DNA of 64,000 nucleotides from Ophelia neglecta (taxonomy: Eukaryota). Each line of letters begins with the position of its first letter. The first letter of the stretch is position 1. This document shows positions 1 to 14,100 of this stretch, piece after piece. The stretch lies in the NCBI GenBank assembly GCA_965285935.1, contig OZ260662.1, positions 80,290,001-80,354,000 of the forward strand, read 5' to 3'. Under the pieces are notes generated by a model. That model was not told the origin of the DNA, searched no databases, and saw only the letters and a list, made by a program, of their open reading frames with translations. The translations under genes and the position numbers were made by a program.

Positions 1-2534
1 TGGGGATTGAGACTAACTGGGGTAGCAGCTGAGCATAACTTATTTTATGCCAGTTCGATATTGGGAAGATAAATAGTATATAATTCAAATGATGAGTTGA
101 TTCTTCTCTTGCACCATTTACATCTCACCATACAGCATCCATCTTGCCAGAGGCAGAAAGCTAACTAAATATAAGTAGCTGTATACAAAAGGCCCTGTCA
201 TTGGTTCATCAATATAGTACAAGGTTGATAAAATTGATTACAGCAATCCACTCTCACCACCTTGTACACAGAGTATGGCAAAGGCTGTTTCAGATGTAGA
301 TATTAGAAAATTAGCTCCTAAATTTTGTTTTCTCACCAGACTGAGAAAGGAAAGGCATTTATTAAGAACAGAACAACCTACAAAAAAAAGCAAATTATGT
401 TTTTTTTGTAATTGTTACCTTTTTGTAACACTATTTATGCCCAAATACACTCTTCAGACTTGTCATACAACCAGTCTTCTTATCTACAGCTAATATAGTT
501 TGTTGCATGGTCCCCACCCAGTTTATTATGGGAGAATCCTTTTTATTGACAACCAACATTATTGTCAGAAATTTATTTTTCGCAGGAACTAATTATCTCA
601 AAAATTAAGTTTCTCAATGTGGAAAGTGATATTGTGGCAATTTAAATTTCATGATCAAATATCCTGAACTAATTTTGCAGCCCTAAATGATTGTGTTCTT
701 CTTAAGATCAGCACAATTATTCCCCATGTAGCAGCTGTTCATTTATAGGTTAATAGTACAAATTTTTTTTTGTCTTTTAATGGCACTAACTTTTAGTCCA
801 ATGTTTTTCCTACATGTACATGATAAATGTGTTTGGCAATTGATCCATCCTACAGAGAAGATATGGTTAGTTGCAGGCTGATAGAAATTAATAGTTCCAT
901 CTAACAAAAATTGGCCATTTTCACAGGCTCGAGTAGATATAATAACCAGAATATCCTCTGGATGGACAAATTTCAAATGGGTTTGGCACTATGGCTTTAT
1001 AATAAACCCAATGTGTGGTGAGCAGGCTTCCAACCTCGCCAGTGTTAGACAAAACAACCCACCAGTGTCAGAAATTATCACCTAGCCTGACCATGATGAC
1101 AAAGCATGGCCATGATGAATACTAGTTGGGAAGACAACTGATTAGAAATATAGCCTTTGGCAGTTTCAGCTTCTTCAGCTCCTGTAGCATTTAAACATGC
1201 ACAATGCACCCAGTTATTACAACACATTGCCATATTCCTGCAAAATGATGCTCTTTTTATCATTGAGACATGCAATAAAAACAAAATGATAGCATAGCAA
1301 GCAGGATCAGGTGACAGGGTCATGGTTTTCCATATCCATATGTCATAGTCAGTGATTAGCTCTTGTCAACAGGCCTGGCCTCCTCAACCCCTCCTGACCC
1401 CTCCATGGGGGCAAAGTAAGGGTTGGGTAACCTAAGAGCACCACACTAGCTTTTAACTGGTATTAAATTATTGTACTGCTGCAAGGCATTCAGCAGGGGA
1501 GCCTAGACTTGTCAAGGGATGGCAGAAGCACCTGACAGCCTACCAGCTTGTGCAGGCTGACATGTATGAAAGAAAATATGCCCTACAGAAAGCTGCCAGG
1601 ATTTCAATGTATTAAGCAGCTCTCTTGGTGTCTGAGCTCATAACTTGTCTGATAGAACAGGCCAGGCTGCCACCTCAGATGTGAATTACATTGGTGTACT
1701 TCTCCAGCTCTGCCAACCCCAGCTTACTTGTTAATGGTATTGCTAGGAAAACAAGTCTGTTCATTTTCAGACTCTGCTAGAACTTATGGCTCATCTAGAA
1801 GAAACTTCACAGGATCTTAACCCACATGCCACCGCGTGTGTGAATGAGCAGGATACTCATTGCATCTATCCTGCATATTGCTCTAAATAGTGTTTGGAAA
1901 TTCAGAATGAAAGTTTCATCAGAATACCTACTCTTTCATTAGAATGCTGAAATATAAACATGTCTTTGTTTAAATAAGGAAATGTGCTAGGGGAAGGAGG
2001 GAAGACACAGAAGAATTATGGGAAATTAAAGGAAGATGAGTTGAGGAGTGACAGCAGGCAATGGCTGTGATTTTATTAACATTGGGGTAAAGCTATGCAA
2101 ATCAGCAGTATTAGATGGTCCAACAGCATCCGCTGGGGAACAAATACTTTCATCCTGGCCTTGAATGTAGTCTGACATTGTTATCAGCCAGCAGGCAATT
2201 GGGAAGTAATCTGCCTCCAGCCATCCGATAATGACCACCTTTCAGCCACAAATATCAGGATATAATAAATTTGATGCAATTCTCAACTCATTCATTTGAT
2301 AAAATTCTATTTGGCACATGTGGATTAGGTAAATTTCATTTTCTGTGAGTCCTAAGACCAGTAATATTAGTTCAGAGGAAGAGCTTCTACAGGAGACAGA
2401 CTAATTTGGTTTACTGCAGAAACTATTTTGCACACTGCCAGCAAACAAGTCAAGGTACAATGGCAGACTGTACATTGGAATGTCAGATGATGCAGGCACT
2501 GAGGGTAGTAGTACAGTAAGTTTTATATATGGCA

Positions 2535-2555
2535 GGGGGGGGTGGGTGGGGTGGG
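2535..2555 (+). repeat. G-rich tract with G-quadruplex potential
   Basis: GGGGGGGGTGGGTGGGGTGGG; other homopolymers at 8420-8436 (G17), 13139-13151 (C13), 42828-42852 (G run with one C), 59383-59396 (G14), 60203-60217 (C15). Confidence 0.7.
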
Positions 2556-3059
2556 TGTGGCTTGCTTTTGTATGCACAATTTATTCTGGGTGGCCAGAGT
2601 GAAAGCAGCACCTTTGTTGTTCCAGTTTTTGTGGCAGGTATAAAATAAACTTTATAAAGCACTTTTCCAAATAATTGTGACATTTCAAATAATTTTATAA
2701 CCCTGCGCTAAAGGATGCCCTATACCAACACAATATCATAGGCCAGGCCAATAACAACCTTTACAAAAGCTGTCATAAGGTGTAATTGCCAGACTCATGT
2801 AAAGCCTAATTTAGGGCCATGCAAGGCACTTCATAAACATTAAACCGAACTTTGCAGGCTCTTCATAAAATGGTTACTTTTCACAATCTCCTAGGTATGG
2901 CACTTTGCAAGTGTTTGTGAACCCTCCACCTTGGAGCTTCTGAAGTCCTAAGAAGGACGTTAACCTGACTACAAAGAGAAAGCCCTGCTAAACAATACAC
3001 CAAAACACTCCTGTTTGCCCAGCACTCTGGCACATCAATACTAACGCAAATTTATAGGA

Positions 3060-3400
3060 GACGATTTCCGCTCTACATGCTCCTTAGTTCCTGCATGGTT
3101 GTGAGTATCCCATAATTCCTATTAGCCCGTCACTTCTGCATGTTGACACACGGGCGGCGGCGGCAGCCATGTTCCAAAGAACAGGAAATGTAACACGGTG
3201 CGATTTAATCACCCGCTATTTGTTCTTCATTGGCCATAGCCTGCGGTGAAACAAGAGGCGCGCCATTGATGGGATTGTTAGGTTGTTGGAGGCTCTCACT
3301 CACCGGCCCATTTCTGCCGGTATATCCGATCAGGAATGCTGGCAGAAAATCAACCGCCCTCAAAGCAGCCAGAGGGTATTGATTGGGAAATGAGGTTGGT
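3060..3400. promoter_or_regulatory. Intronic CpG island, promoter-like
   Basis: GGC repeats, YY1-like AACATGGCTGCC (minus), ETS CAGGAAAT, CCAAT boxes, GGCGCGCC; strong minus-strand donor CCG|gtgagt at 3303. Confidence 0.55.
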
Positions 3401-5010
3401 CCTCCTGATCTGTTAATAAAATCTCCTCATGGCAGACTTGAACAACCTTAGATAAGAATAAACTTTGCTTAACCATAGAATTACTTTAGCCTGCTCATGC
3501 TGATTTGGGCTGAGTGATCTGAAGATGATTTTAAACTTATTCTGTGCTGGAGATTGGCAGAAAGCTCCCATAAAGCAGTTTAGAGCAGTGCCTATGGGAA
3601 CCAACAAGTCAGGCACACATGCCTCAATGGTAGTTGTGCATGCATGAGGTCATGTAATGGCTGCCATTGATATTTTCATGGCCCCTCTTCTCATGATGAT
3701 GAAGTTCAAAGCTAAATTATAGTCTTGCCAATGACCACTAAGGAGGAATTGCCACAATGGGGGCTCATTACGAATTCCACTCAGAGTGTTCAGGTGGGAA
3801 ATTAAGGCTGATTTTATGTCATACTTTGGAGGGCATGATTTCTCTTTATAGTCCCTAGTGCAAGAGAACATTGCATATTTTCTCACACATATTGCGATAT
3901 TGTTTGCCTTACTTTCTTTTATGATTGGCAAAATCCAAATTATTATTATAATACATAAACTTAACTGGTCTCATTATTTTATGAAAGGTAATTGAAGCTA
4001 TCAGCAGAATAGAAGATGACCATTAGTCTTGCCCATTCTACTAGTTTCTACTTCCTGAGTAACCTTTCAGTCTTTATTGCTGTGTGTCTGCTATATTCTG
4101 ATCAATGAGGGCAATCACCGCCAGTACAAAGAGCCCATGTCAGCACAAACTGTTTGAAATACCGGAAAAGTGATAAAGTCTCAGGAATCTATGCCAGATA
4201 AAGGCAGTGTCGGTTCTTAATTTACATTTATCAACTCATCTCCAAAAAAATATTAGCATTCATTAAATGATCAAGTGAGAAAATTTAATAGCTAGGTGAA
4301 GAATTAATACTTGGAAAGAGCCAAGTTGATTGGCTCTAGTATCCAATCTGGCCATCTCAATAACCTTGCTGATTTGAATGGCAGTAGGTTTTGTTCTGTG
4401 CAGTATTACAGACAAACAGCAAGTCATGAGGATGAAAGCTACACTGTAACTGAAGCCCAGTCTATTGATAGAACAACAATAACTGAGCTATCTCTTACAC
4501 ACAGTGGAGGTTCTGGCTGTTATTTTATGCTCCACAGACTGGGTACACCATCTCAAGAGTGGAAGATCACTTACAAAGATCACACATAGTGTTGGCCATA
4601 TAGGAACATATTCTGTACAACTCCAACTGAGTAATATAATAGCCATACTCCTTACATCCATAGCATATCCCAAATACCACATACACTAAAGTGGACTAAA
4701 TATGATATCATATATGGGTAAACAGTCTGACATCACAGTATTTCATCTGCATGATGGAACACAAAAAGTATAATATTCACCCCTTGAACCCATCATTTAG
4801 ACATCAGTCAATATACCAGAAGTAACCATAAAAACTTAAAATCTTAAAGCCCTGCTTTGCAAAAATCACTTCATAATTATCACCCTTAAAACATATTCCA
4901 ATTTGACTTTTTGTTGTGTTTTAAATGAAAAAAAAGATGGAAAGTGCCTTATTATTTATTTCCAGTTATGAGCTAGTCATTACAGAAGTTGCCCATGGTG
5001 GGAGACTTAC

Positions 5011-5109
5011 TTGTGGTGAAGCAGTGCCTGCAGGCGTAGCCACTCAGCTCCCTGCAGTCGCTCTCCTCGGAATCCTGGTCAGACGCTTCACTGGCCGAAC
5101 TCAAGTCCA
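5011..5109 (-). CDS. RERE: RERE exon, acidic linker plus first CxxC of the GATA-type zinc finger: (L)[32 protein letters not shown], 99 nt
   Basis: Acceptor ctgaatttcag|TG, donor A|gtaagt; [10 protein letters not shown] motif. Confidence 0.96.
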
Positions 5110-8100
5110 CTGAAATTCAGAAAAACAATCTAGTTTTAATGTCTATAGGCTTGGACTAAACAAAATATGAATTAATTAGATTTGACTTAACATAAAATAA
5201 AATAAACAACAAATTCTGATGGTGTATCTTAATTAAATTTGAACATGGAGTTGAACATGGAATCTATCATTTACTTGATGGAGTCTACTTAAAACTAATA
5301 CTTCTAAAAATGACTATTAGCTATTCCCTCAGGTACCGGTAGGTATAGAAGCATTATTTTGTGTAAACTTCTCTCTTGATTGAACATTATCATACAAACA
5401 CCTGTTTAAATAGACCCACTTGATTCTGTCTCCTTAATAAATAGTGTGTATAGGAAATTGTTTGGGAGGTTTAAACAACTGTGTGTACTATGCCCGAGTT
5501 GAATTACATGCTAAGTGTAAAGAAGTATCCCCCAAATAACAAATCACTATGTGTCCAAGCCTGGAGCAAATACCCTGTGAACACAATCCTATTTAGAAGA
5601 ACCAGGCTTAAATTCTTGTGACTATTGACACAGTAAGACTTCTGTATATAGCCCAATCACTCTATTGATGGGCTCCAGATAGTGTACAACACATAAAGCT
5701 CTTTGAAAGAGGTTCAAGTGTGGCCGGGGACAATTCAAAGGTGATGGTATAATATAGAGATTGGCTGTTGGGAAAACCAAATAAGGTCCTGCTAACACTA
5801 AACCAAAAGTGGCAAGATATCCATCAGAGAATAAATGGGATCACTCAGGCAGAACCTCCATCTGATGAATTATTAACCCATAAGGCACATCAACAAATCT
5901 GCCATGAAAATACAATTTTTGCTTTTCATTGCGGCCAATTTATGTATTGTTAGGGAAAGTCAAAGTATTCATTTTGCACGAGGCTAAACATTTTATGGAG
6001 GTGAGAGTGAATTTTGAATGTGTTGTAATTACATTGAGTGAGGCAAACCATCCCCATGCCATGAACGGGATATGAATATCTGTCTCCACATTGAACAAGA
6101 TGGATGAATTTACTAAATGCTCAATGTCCCAATGGTGTGTGATGGTGATATTCAATCTACTTGTCATAAAATCTGTGGTGTGAAGAATGGCTGTAATGGG
6201 TTTCATGATATCATGTGCAGATTCATGTGCAGAAATCAAATCACACACACTAGCAATGGGCAATAAAACTGAATAATATTGCAGTCTGATGGTATTGGTT
6301 AGCACTCAGACCTGTTTTGATCAACAAAGAGTAAAACTTGGGGATACCAGTATTCGAGAGATCTCGTTTGTGCAGAGTGCACACCTTACTAATAATAAAA
6401 GATGGTGGCAAGCTGCCCTCATGGGTTTCTAGTTTTAACAGACAGCTGTGCAAAGCTTGTTGTCAAAAAACAAAGTGTTATTCAATTGTTTTTGTCAGTA
6501 AAGAGGTCCGAGGACTTGAGAGCACCATCCAAGTCAGGCAGGCGCTGATGTCTGATTACGATACAAGACTAATGAATGCTCCCTTTTCACCTACAAGCCA
6601 ACAAGCATTGCCTGCAGCAGGGGAGATAATTCTAATGTGGTGGAAATTAAAATTCAATGCCACATGCCTGTAATGATAATAAACATGACAGAGTTGATTC
6701 TGTGACCTGGGGCTGAGTGATTGCGTGGAGGCCTGACAAAGTGCCCAGCCAGTCAGCCAGAATTGCAAGGTGACGAGGAGGGCCAACAAGCCACAGTCAA
6801 TTATGAGCGGCCTGGCTTGGCCAATCATCAACCCCTTTAAATTTCAATAGCACTAGAGCTGGGGAGCATTATGCTGATGATTGGGCTGCTGGCAGAAGGC
6901 AGCAGTAGGTGCACACAGCACACATGTCAGGTCTGGTGTTGTGTATGACTACCAAGCTTGTTGCCAATGGTAACATCCCAAGCTGGAGGCACATTGATCC
7001 TTCTAACCTCTTCTTAGATATACTGCATTGTGGCATGCAAGGAAACATTTGATCAGTGGGAGAAGAGGATGATAGTGGAGATCAGGCCCTCCTTCAGAAT
7101 AGCCAACACCCAGCAACATCTCCATGGCAAGGCAGTGCAGGCTGTATACAAACCAACTTCGACACTTAGACTACCTTTTATCTATCTATCTTTTCTATTT
7201 AGACATCCGTATCTTCTGATGATGGACTGAGGTACAGTTATGAGGCCAAAACATTCAAATATGCAAGAGCTTTCATCTTACAAGACTGCTGGCTCCAGGA
7301 CATGTATGTTTCACATGTTTTCAGGGCTAATAAAGGACAAATTTTGCCTGCAGAGGTATGTAAATGTCATGAAATTAAGTCTGTATCCAAGTGTGATGGC
7401 GAGATGGTTGCTGGAGGCCTAAACATAAAATGGATGGAACACTTGCTAAATGCTTGGAAAGGCTCTGGGTTTTGCACCACTGATCACTTTCAGAGGGTTA
7501 GTTTACAATTATAATGTGTGCATGCTGTTTGCCTCAGGGCAGCGGTTCTTGTCAGGGGTATCTGTTCACAAACCAACTACCAACAGACAAATACTAACAC
7601 AGACACATCTAGATAGTGGTAAAACTAGTCTCCTACTTTAATATAAACAGTATAAATACATCATAAAATGTGTCCTGATCCAGATACTGGCAATAGACTT
7701 GTTAAATATTCACCTGCAGTGGAATTTTTTTTTACCATGTCATTGTACAGTCAATGGATTGCAACTAAAAATGTTTTCGAAACATACCTTCCTGCCAATT
7801 TTAACTGCTGACTTTGAAGATGTTTTGTGGATCATAGCAAGCCAGCAGTGTACACTGTTCCTATTCATTCCCATTCAAGGAATTTCTTAATTGGAAGAAT
7901 AGGGCGTCAGAAAGCTGCAGGTAGTTTTCAATGGTGAATAGTTTTCTGAGGGAACCATTTTATCTCCCACCGCGATGAGAACCACTCTGACTATGTGATA
8001 CATGTGTACATGCTAGCTCACAGTGAAACACTGTAACTTTATCTTATTGGGGAGTCCTACCATTTGGGGTGATTTTCCTTATAATTATAGACAGGGGTGA

Positions 8101-11100
8101 GCAGGGCAACAATAAAACCCCACGCCACGGTTTGAGAGTTTAAAAGGCTTTGACAGCTCCTTTCAGGACAACATCAAAATTTGGTGCATGTTCACAGTAT
8201 TAAATAGTTCTTATCAATGATAATTACCACCTGTGTATTGGAGAAAACTGAAGACTGATTGCAGGGGTCTTATTGATAAGAATGATGATTATTTTGATGT
8301 GGCTGGGTAGCAGGTAAGGAAAAGTTGTGTATCAGAGATCGAGGTCTAAAAGAAAACCAGTCTATTCAAATTAGACTGTGGCAGTTGACTGGATGAGCAT
8401 TAAGGAGGTCATAGAGCCTGGGGGGGGGGGGGGGGGTCAGTCAAGGCACTGCGTAGAAGTGAATTATATTGATAAAACATGTGCATATGCACTAGTCAGT
8501 TTCTTGGTTGATTAATGACAAAATATTTATTAGTTTGAATAAGGAGTCACCAATAATGTTATATAAATATAAATACAAAAACAATACATTGCCCTCACTT
8601 GGCTGATTCCTGAATTTTATTAATTGACTAGTGGCTACTTACATCCATGAAACTCACGATATTCAGCCGAGGGAGGTCTTGGAGTAGCTCGAGCGTTTCT
8701 GCGGAAAACGTTAGTGCGGCGGTGGCGCCGGTGTGGACGTGTGTTTGCCGAGGCAGGAGTCTTTTTCCAGAAGTAGTAGTATTCTACCAGCTGACCCTGT
8801 AAAGTACAAAACACCCTGTCAAATTTCATTTCCCATATTCCCAATAACAACAAACATCGACCCAGAGCATTAGAATTTAGATTGAAAACCGAGTAGAAAA
8901 ACAGCAAGAGGAACAAGACACATGCAAAGGTTATAAAGGATAGCATTAAGGAAAGTACTACAAAGTCATGATGAGTTACGATTTGGCAGCCAGAAGCTTC
9001 TGGGTGACTAATGTTTTAATGAAACAATGTTGTTGCCATGACAACCAGCCCAAGCCAGACTGTGAGGAGTGCTATGGTGTACACCAGGGAAGAGATTGAG
9101 GCACAGTTCTACAGAGCAGATAAGACAGCCACTGTTATCACTGGCCTGCTGCAAATTTCAGGGTTGTCAGTCTTTAGATATTTGATAGAGCTGACTCCTG
9201 TACCATAACAAGCAATAGCTGAGAAAACCCATAACAATTGTCAGTCAAAAACACTGAGTTCTGGTGAATCAGGATATGAAATCTTGTGATTTCTCCTGAA
9301 TTCTTACATTATCAAGGGTAATCTCATTACCATATCTATTGAGCTCTTTAGCTGGCCTAAGTTAATTATTTAGGTTAAGCTGATGCTGCAGGCAGGTTGA
9401 GAAGAGATAACCTGCCAGTAAGCTAACCTATTCACCAAGCTTATAACACTGTAAAGCCCCAGTTAGACAGCTATCTCCAATGCCAGAGTTTTACAGAGTT
9501 GTCACTTGAAACTGAGCTCAGGATTATGTATCTGAGGCAGGCATACCATATGACACTTTCATCAGCACAACTCTTCAAAGAAGGGCTGACTCCACTGCCC
9601 AGATAATAAAACTACAGTTGCAGTGAAAACAACTCTACATTCCTAGATACCAATCCAGAATGCATCAAGATGTCTGCCAACCAAACGTGTTGTTATGAGC
9701 TGGAGAACAATCAGACCTGATGTTAACTCACTACAAGTCAGCCAGGAGTTTGGCCAGTCAATATAACCTAAAGGCTGTAATCGGAATATTATCACCATGG
9801 TTATGCCAAGTATGCAAAGTGTTCTCTGACAATTAACTCCTTACTAATTGTCCAAGTTGCTAATCAATTAAACCATGCAAATGAATGTTAACTGATGGCT
9901 TGTTAATGGGTTGTTTGATATGCCTGACCAAGAGGCTTAGACTTTTTGAAAATAGTGTAATTGTATTACTCAAATAAATGAAGAAAGACCTTTAAAAATA
10001 TCAGGTGCCTTTAAACCACTGATAAGGAAGCCATGAATATAATAATTTTGTCACTTTTACATTAACATTAAATCAAAAGGATTTTTATTTAGCAGATTAT
10101 GTTCACAGAGGAAATAAGTTCTTTGTGTAGATAATGAGAAATTAACTATATAAGGTTTGCCTAATAGGTTGGGATGATAAACTGTCATTATATAGTCAAC
10201 AAACATTGTGAGGTAAATTGAAAATAACGATCGCATTATGCCCATCATCAAATGGTGGTAATGCCCATCATCACTGAGAAAAATATCATAAAATTCCAAT
10301 ATGCCGGCCCATTATGCTGTGTGGACAATATCATGGTTTTGCAAGTTGTGTGCTAAATTAGATATTGCCTCAATAAAGCTCTTTGTGTCATGAACAACAC
10401 CAGCATACAACACTTAGATCTTCAGTGGTGTCTCATGAAATTCAACTTTCCCAATGGGATGACTTCTTGTGAATAGTTTAATCGTCACAATTTGGCAGCA
10501 AGTTGCAAGCACTAAAGCTTCATGTAAGCCTTGAAGATGACTGGCAATTGACCATTTCCCTGGACAAAGTCAGGGTCTTAGTAACATTTGGCCTTTGAAT
10601 GATTACTGTAGATAACAATTTTTCATGAGGCTCTCATCATTCATAGACATGCAGGGTGAAGTATGGGGATGTATATAAATGAGAGTTATCACTTATTCAC
10701 AATCCACCACACAAAGACAAATGAAAACGAGGTAAATCCCAGAAAGGCAATGTTTCACTTGTCCTTGTAAGGTCACTTTTGTGTGTTCCTCATTCTTTAA
10801 GAAATGTTGAAAGATAGAAACAACATGTACCTGACTCAGTGAATATTGTTCACCTGTAAAAGCTTTTCCATTATGCTTAAGTTTAAACAAATTTGAAACT
10901 GGCAGTGAAATATAAAGTGTCTTGTATGCTGTGCTGTGAACCGCACACCTGGACTCTCAATCCTCCACTATCCTGGTAACAATGGCCTCCTATAGCCAAA
11001 ACTGGGGACAAGAGAGGTTTTAAAAACCACCAGAACACTCAAGGGTTAACTCTATCCAGGCCTACCACATGTGTATAACATGGAAACCATATCGGGAGTG

Positions 11101-14100
11101 GTGACCCCCTCACAGGCCAACTGACTGCACAAGGCTTCAGAAGGGTGGGGCACAGCCCATATTATTCATAGCCTGTAAGACTCCATCAAAGTGAATCTCA
11201 CACAACATAATTTTGTCCAGACACTCTCATAAATAGTAAAATCTACCACATCAATAGCAAGGGCTTCAACAAATTGCTAGCTCTTCAGAATGAAATACTG
11301 ATACTATGTAGAACACCTGGCTAATATTGAGTGTTGTAATCATTAAAACCTGAACAGCACTATAGTCACTAGATGTTGTTCCTTTATTTCCAGATACTTT
11401 TCTAAAACTCTCTTAAAATACTCTGCTCAAAGAAATAGCAGAACACTAAACTCCTATTAAATGTGACAATTCAGATAAACATACACCTGACTTGGGAATT
11501 ACTGTAAAAAATAACAGGTTTCAGTTATTATGAGTTCACCTTAACGAAAAATGATACACACCTTAATACTTCCCTTGCCAAACAGGGATAGAAACTTGGA
11601 CAGAAACTCATCAGCTATAACATGACTCCCAATTCATTTCACACCACTGAATTTTAATGATTATCCAGATTAAAATTAATATCACTGAACATGGTGCTGT
11701 AATGAGCTACACCTGAGCTGAGGACTTATCTTCTTGGTGTTAAGAGAGACTTCTATATACATCCTGTCATGAATGAGCAAGTTCAATTGGACAGAATATT
11801 TAATTGGAAGATTAGCAGAACAAAATTAAGCAGCTAACTGGCAACACAAGTAAGATTAAAAAGTTAAAAGTAGCAATCTGGTATGATTAAAAGTGTAGTT
11901 CTATGTAGGAGGGCCACCTTCCTGGAGTATGAACACATTGCTGTCAAACTTCTCAAGTGTTCAAACCTTTAATAAATATGTTGTATTTATCAATAATCTG
12001 TCTCAAGAACAGATAATAAGCCTTCAATCATTGCAGGTAGTACATAACCATCAGTTTCACTACCCACTTCAAGGAATCACAAGTTAAATATGCAGCCATG
12101 GTTGTAACTACTAACTAGCAGTGCTACAATTTTGTTACAATGCACACATGGTAGATCTGTACACAGACACGTCCGCCATTACTGTTTACACGCAGGGCAA
12201 TTCACCATCACAGACAATGCCGAAACCAGCCCCTTTAAAAACAAAAATACCAGTATTATGCCAATATTTTACCCAATTCTGACAAAACTTCCACAGGAGG
12301 GCATGTATATTTCCATGCTGATGACATTCATATGGTATATCACTTGTCACAACTAAATGTTGAGCTTAAAACATTAAAAAATCAGTTGGACAGGGAGGTA
12401 ATTTCACCTAGCAAGACCCCTTTAAAACATGCAATGGCTCACTGAACAGGAGAGCAACACAAATATCCTACGCAAATTCACTGATTTCAAGCGATATTTC
12501 ATGAATAAAGCATATCTACCTGTTGTCTGATGTGTTGTCATTCACCCTTTATACTTTGTTCAGGTTAAATATCTCTGATTTTCACTATTTCGGTGGTTCT
12601 TGTGACAGGATAGTTCACATACGCCATGCCAACATGGGAACGGGAACTGCAGCCTTCCCATAGTGCACATGGTGAAGTTGCCCAGCCAATGCCTGCGATG
12701 AATGAGGCTGACCCAAATAGAAATGGCTGGCGTGGTGGAGTGGTGTAGTAGACCATGGGCTGGGTGGCAGAATGGCTGTGTGGCTCTGTTGGATAGGCTG
12801 GTTTGGCTGGCCACAGGAAGGGGGAGCTGCTTCAGCCAGCCATGGCTGGTTCCTTGTTGACAGTCGAGATAGGACAAGTACAGGCAAGAGGATACACAAC
12901 AGGGCGCACAAATTTACCTGGCTGATATCTCTATCGATAATAACAAAACTTTTAAACTAGTATACAATGTGAAAGTATTATAGGAAAGTTATCCAAATAT
13001 CACAGAGAGTAAAATGGTATGCTATTCAATGATCAAAGCATAATATGGGAGTATTCTATCTTTTCAATTAAGATTTATGTTTTGATTTATTTAGCAAGAC
13101 ATAGCTACACGAATAAGCAGTTGAAAAATTTGTTTCTTCCCCCCCCCCCCCTTTTTTTACCTTATGGTGAAAGATTTCTTGCCTTCTTAAATTACATTTC
13201 CGGGATAAGATTGTTGATGATGAGAGGTAGCGCTGCAGGAGTAAGGAACTTTGATTTTTGCTAGAGTGTACACTCAAAGGTTATCTCATAAGTGCTACGC
13301 TCACAGAGCTGTGAAGTTGTAGAAATTTCCACCAAGGATGATTTTACTGCCTGTGTGTTCCAACGGTTTAAGTTACTGTTTTGGCCTTCTCCAAGGTATC
13401 CTGGCTCAACTACAAGCTGCCAGATTCAGTATGTGCAAAGTACAACAACTTTCTTTGTCAGACATACTAAGTTCTGCCAATGATAAGCTGGTGTGTGTTA
13501 ACATATGCTGAAAACACAGATTTTAATGCAGAGCTTTCTCTAGCAGGCAAACTTTTATTTAAGAGGTTGGTGGAAGATAGAGGAGGGGAAAAGCTCCACA
13601 GCATGCGACAGTGGAACAACTTGCCTGTCAGCAGATGCCATGAAATGACCTGTCGGCAACTTGTATCTGTATACCTAACTCAATCTCAGCTCACCACTGT
13701 CAATCAACCAATTCGTCTCAAGCAAAAACAGAAGAATGCTGCAGAAGAATTCCAGGTATCTATCTGGCGGTAGTCTCTTAATCAAGTGAACAGGTACTGA
13801 TCACACAGAGACTACCATCGTGTAACAATATCAAGCTCATCCCAGCAATGTCTTAAGGTTTGGAATTTCCAAATCAAGAGGCTGAATCACCTGCATTTTC
13901 TCCATGACAGAACATTGAGTGCAATTATCACACACCATCAGCATTCACATTTGATAAATGGTAATTAATTCAATTTTATATATATGATGGTGGGATGGAT
14001 AAATTTTCATTTTCCTTAATGAATAAAACAGAACTCCTGCTAAGTCCATTGAAAGTTGATGTAAAAACCTGAAGCCATTACCATACACTGAAATGTTGAT

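Noticed and set aside
1-5010. Search for the next RERE exon (SKDWHH...LLCxxC)
   Set aside because: No matching exon found; probably lies before position 1
4925-5113. Plus-strand ORFs overlapping real exons (also 19658..19858 and 21721..21987)
   Set aside because: Antisense shadows of minus-strand RERE exons
5517-5529. TGTAAAGAAGTAT matching the 3' part of miR-1
   Set aside because: Seed absent, no hairpin
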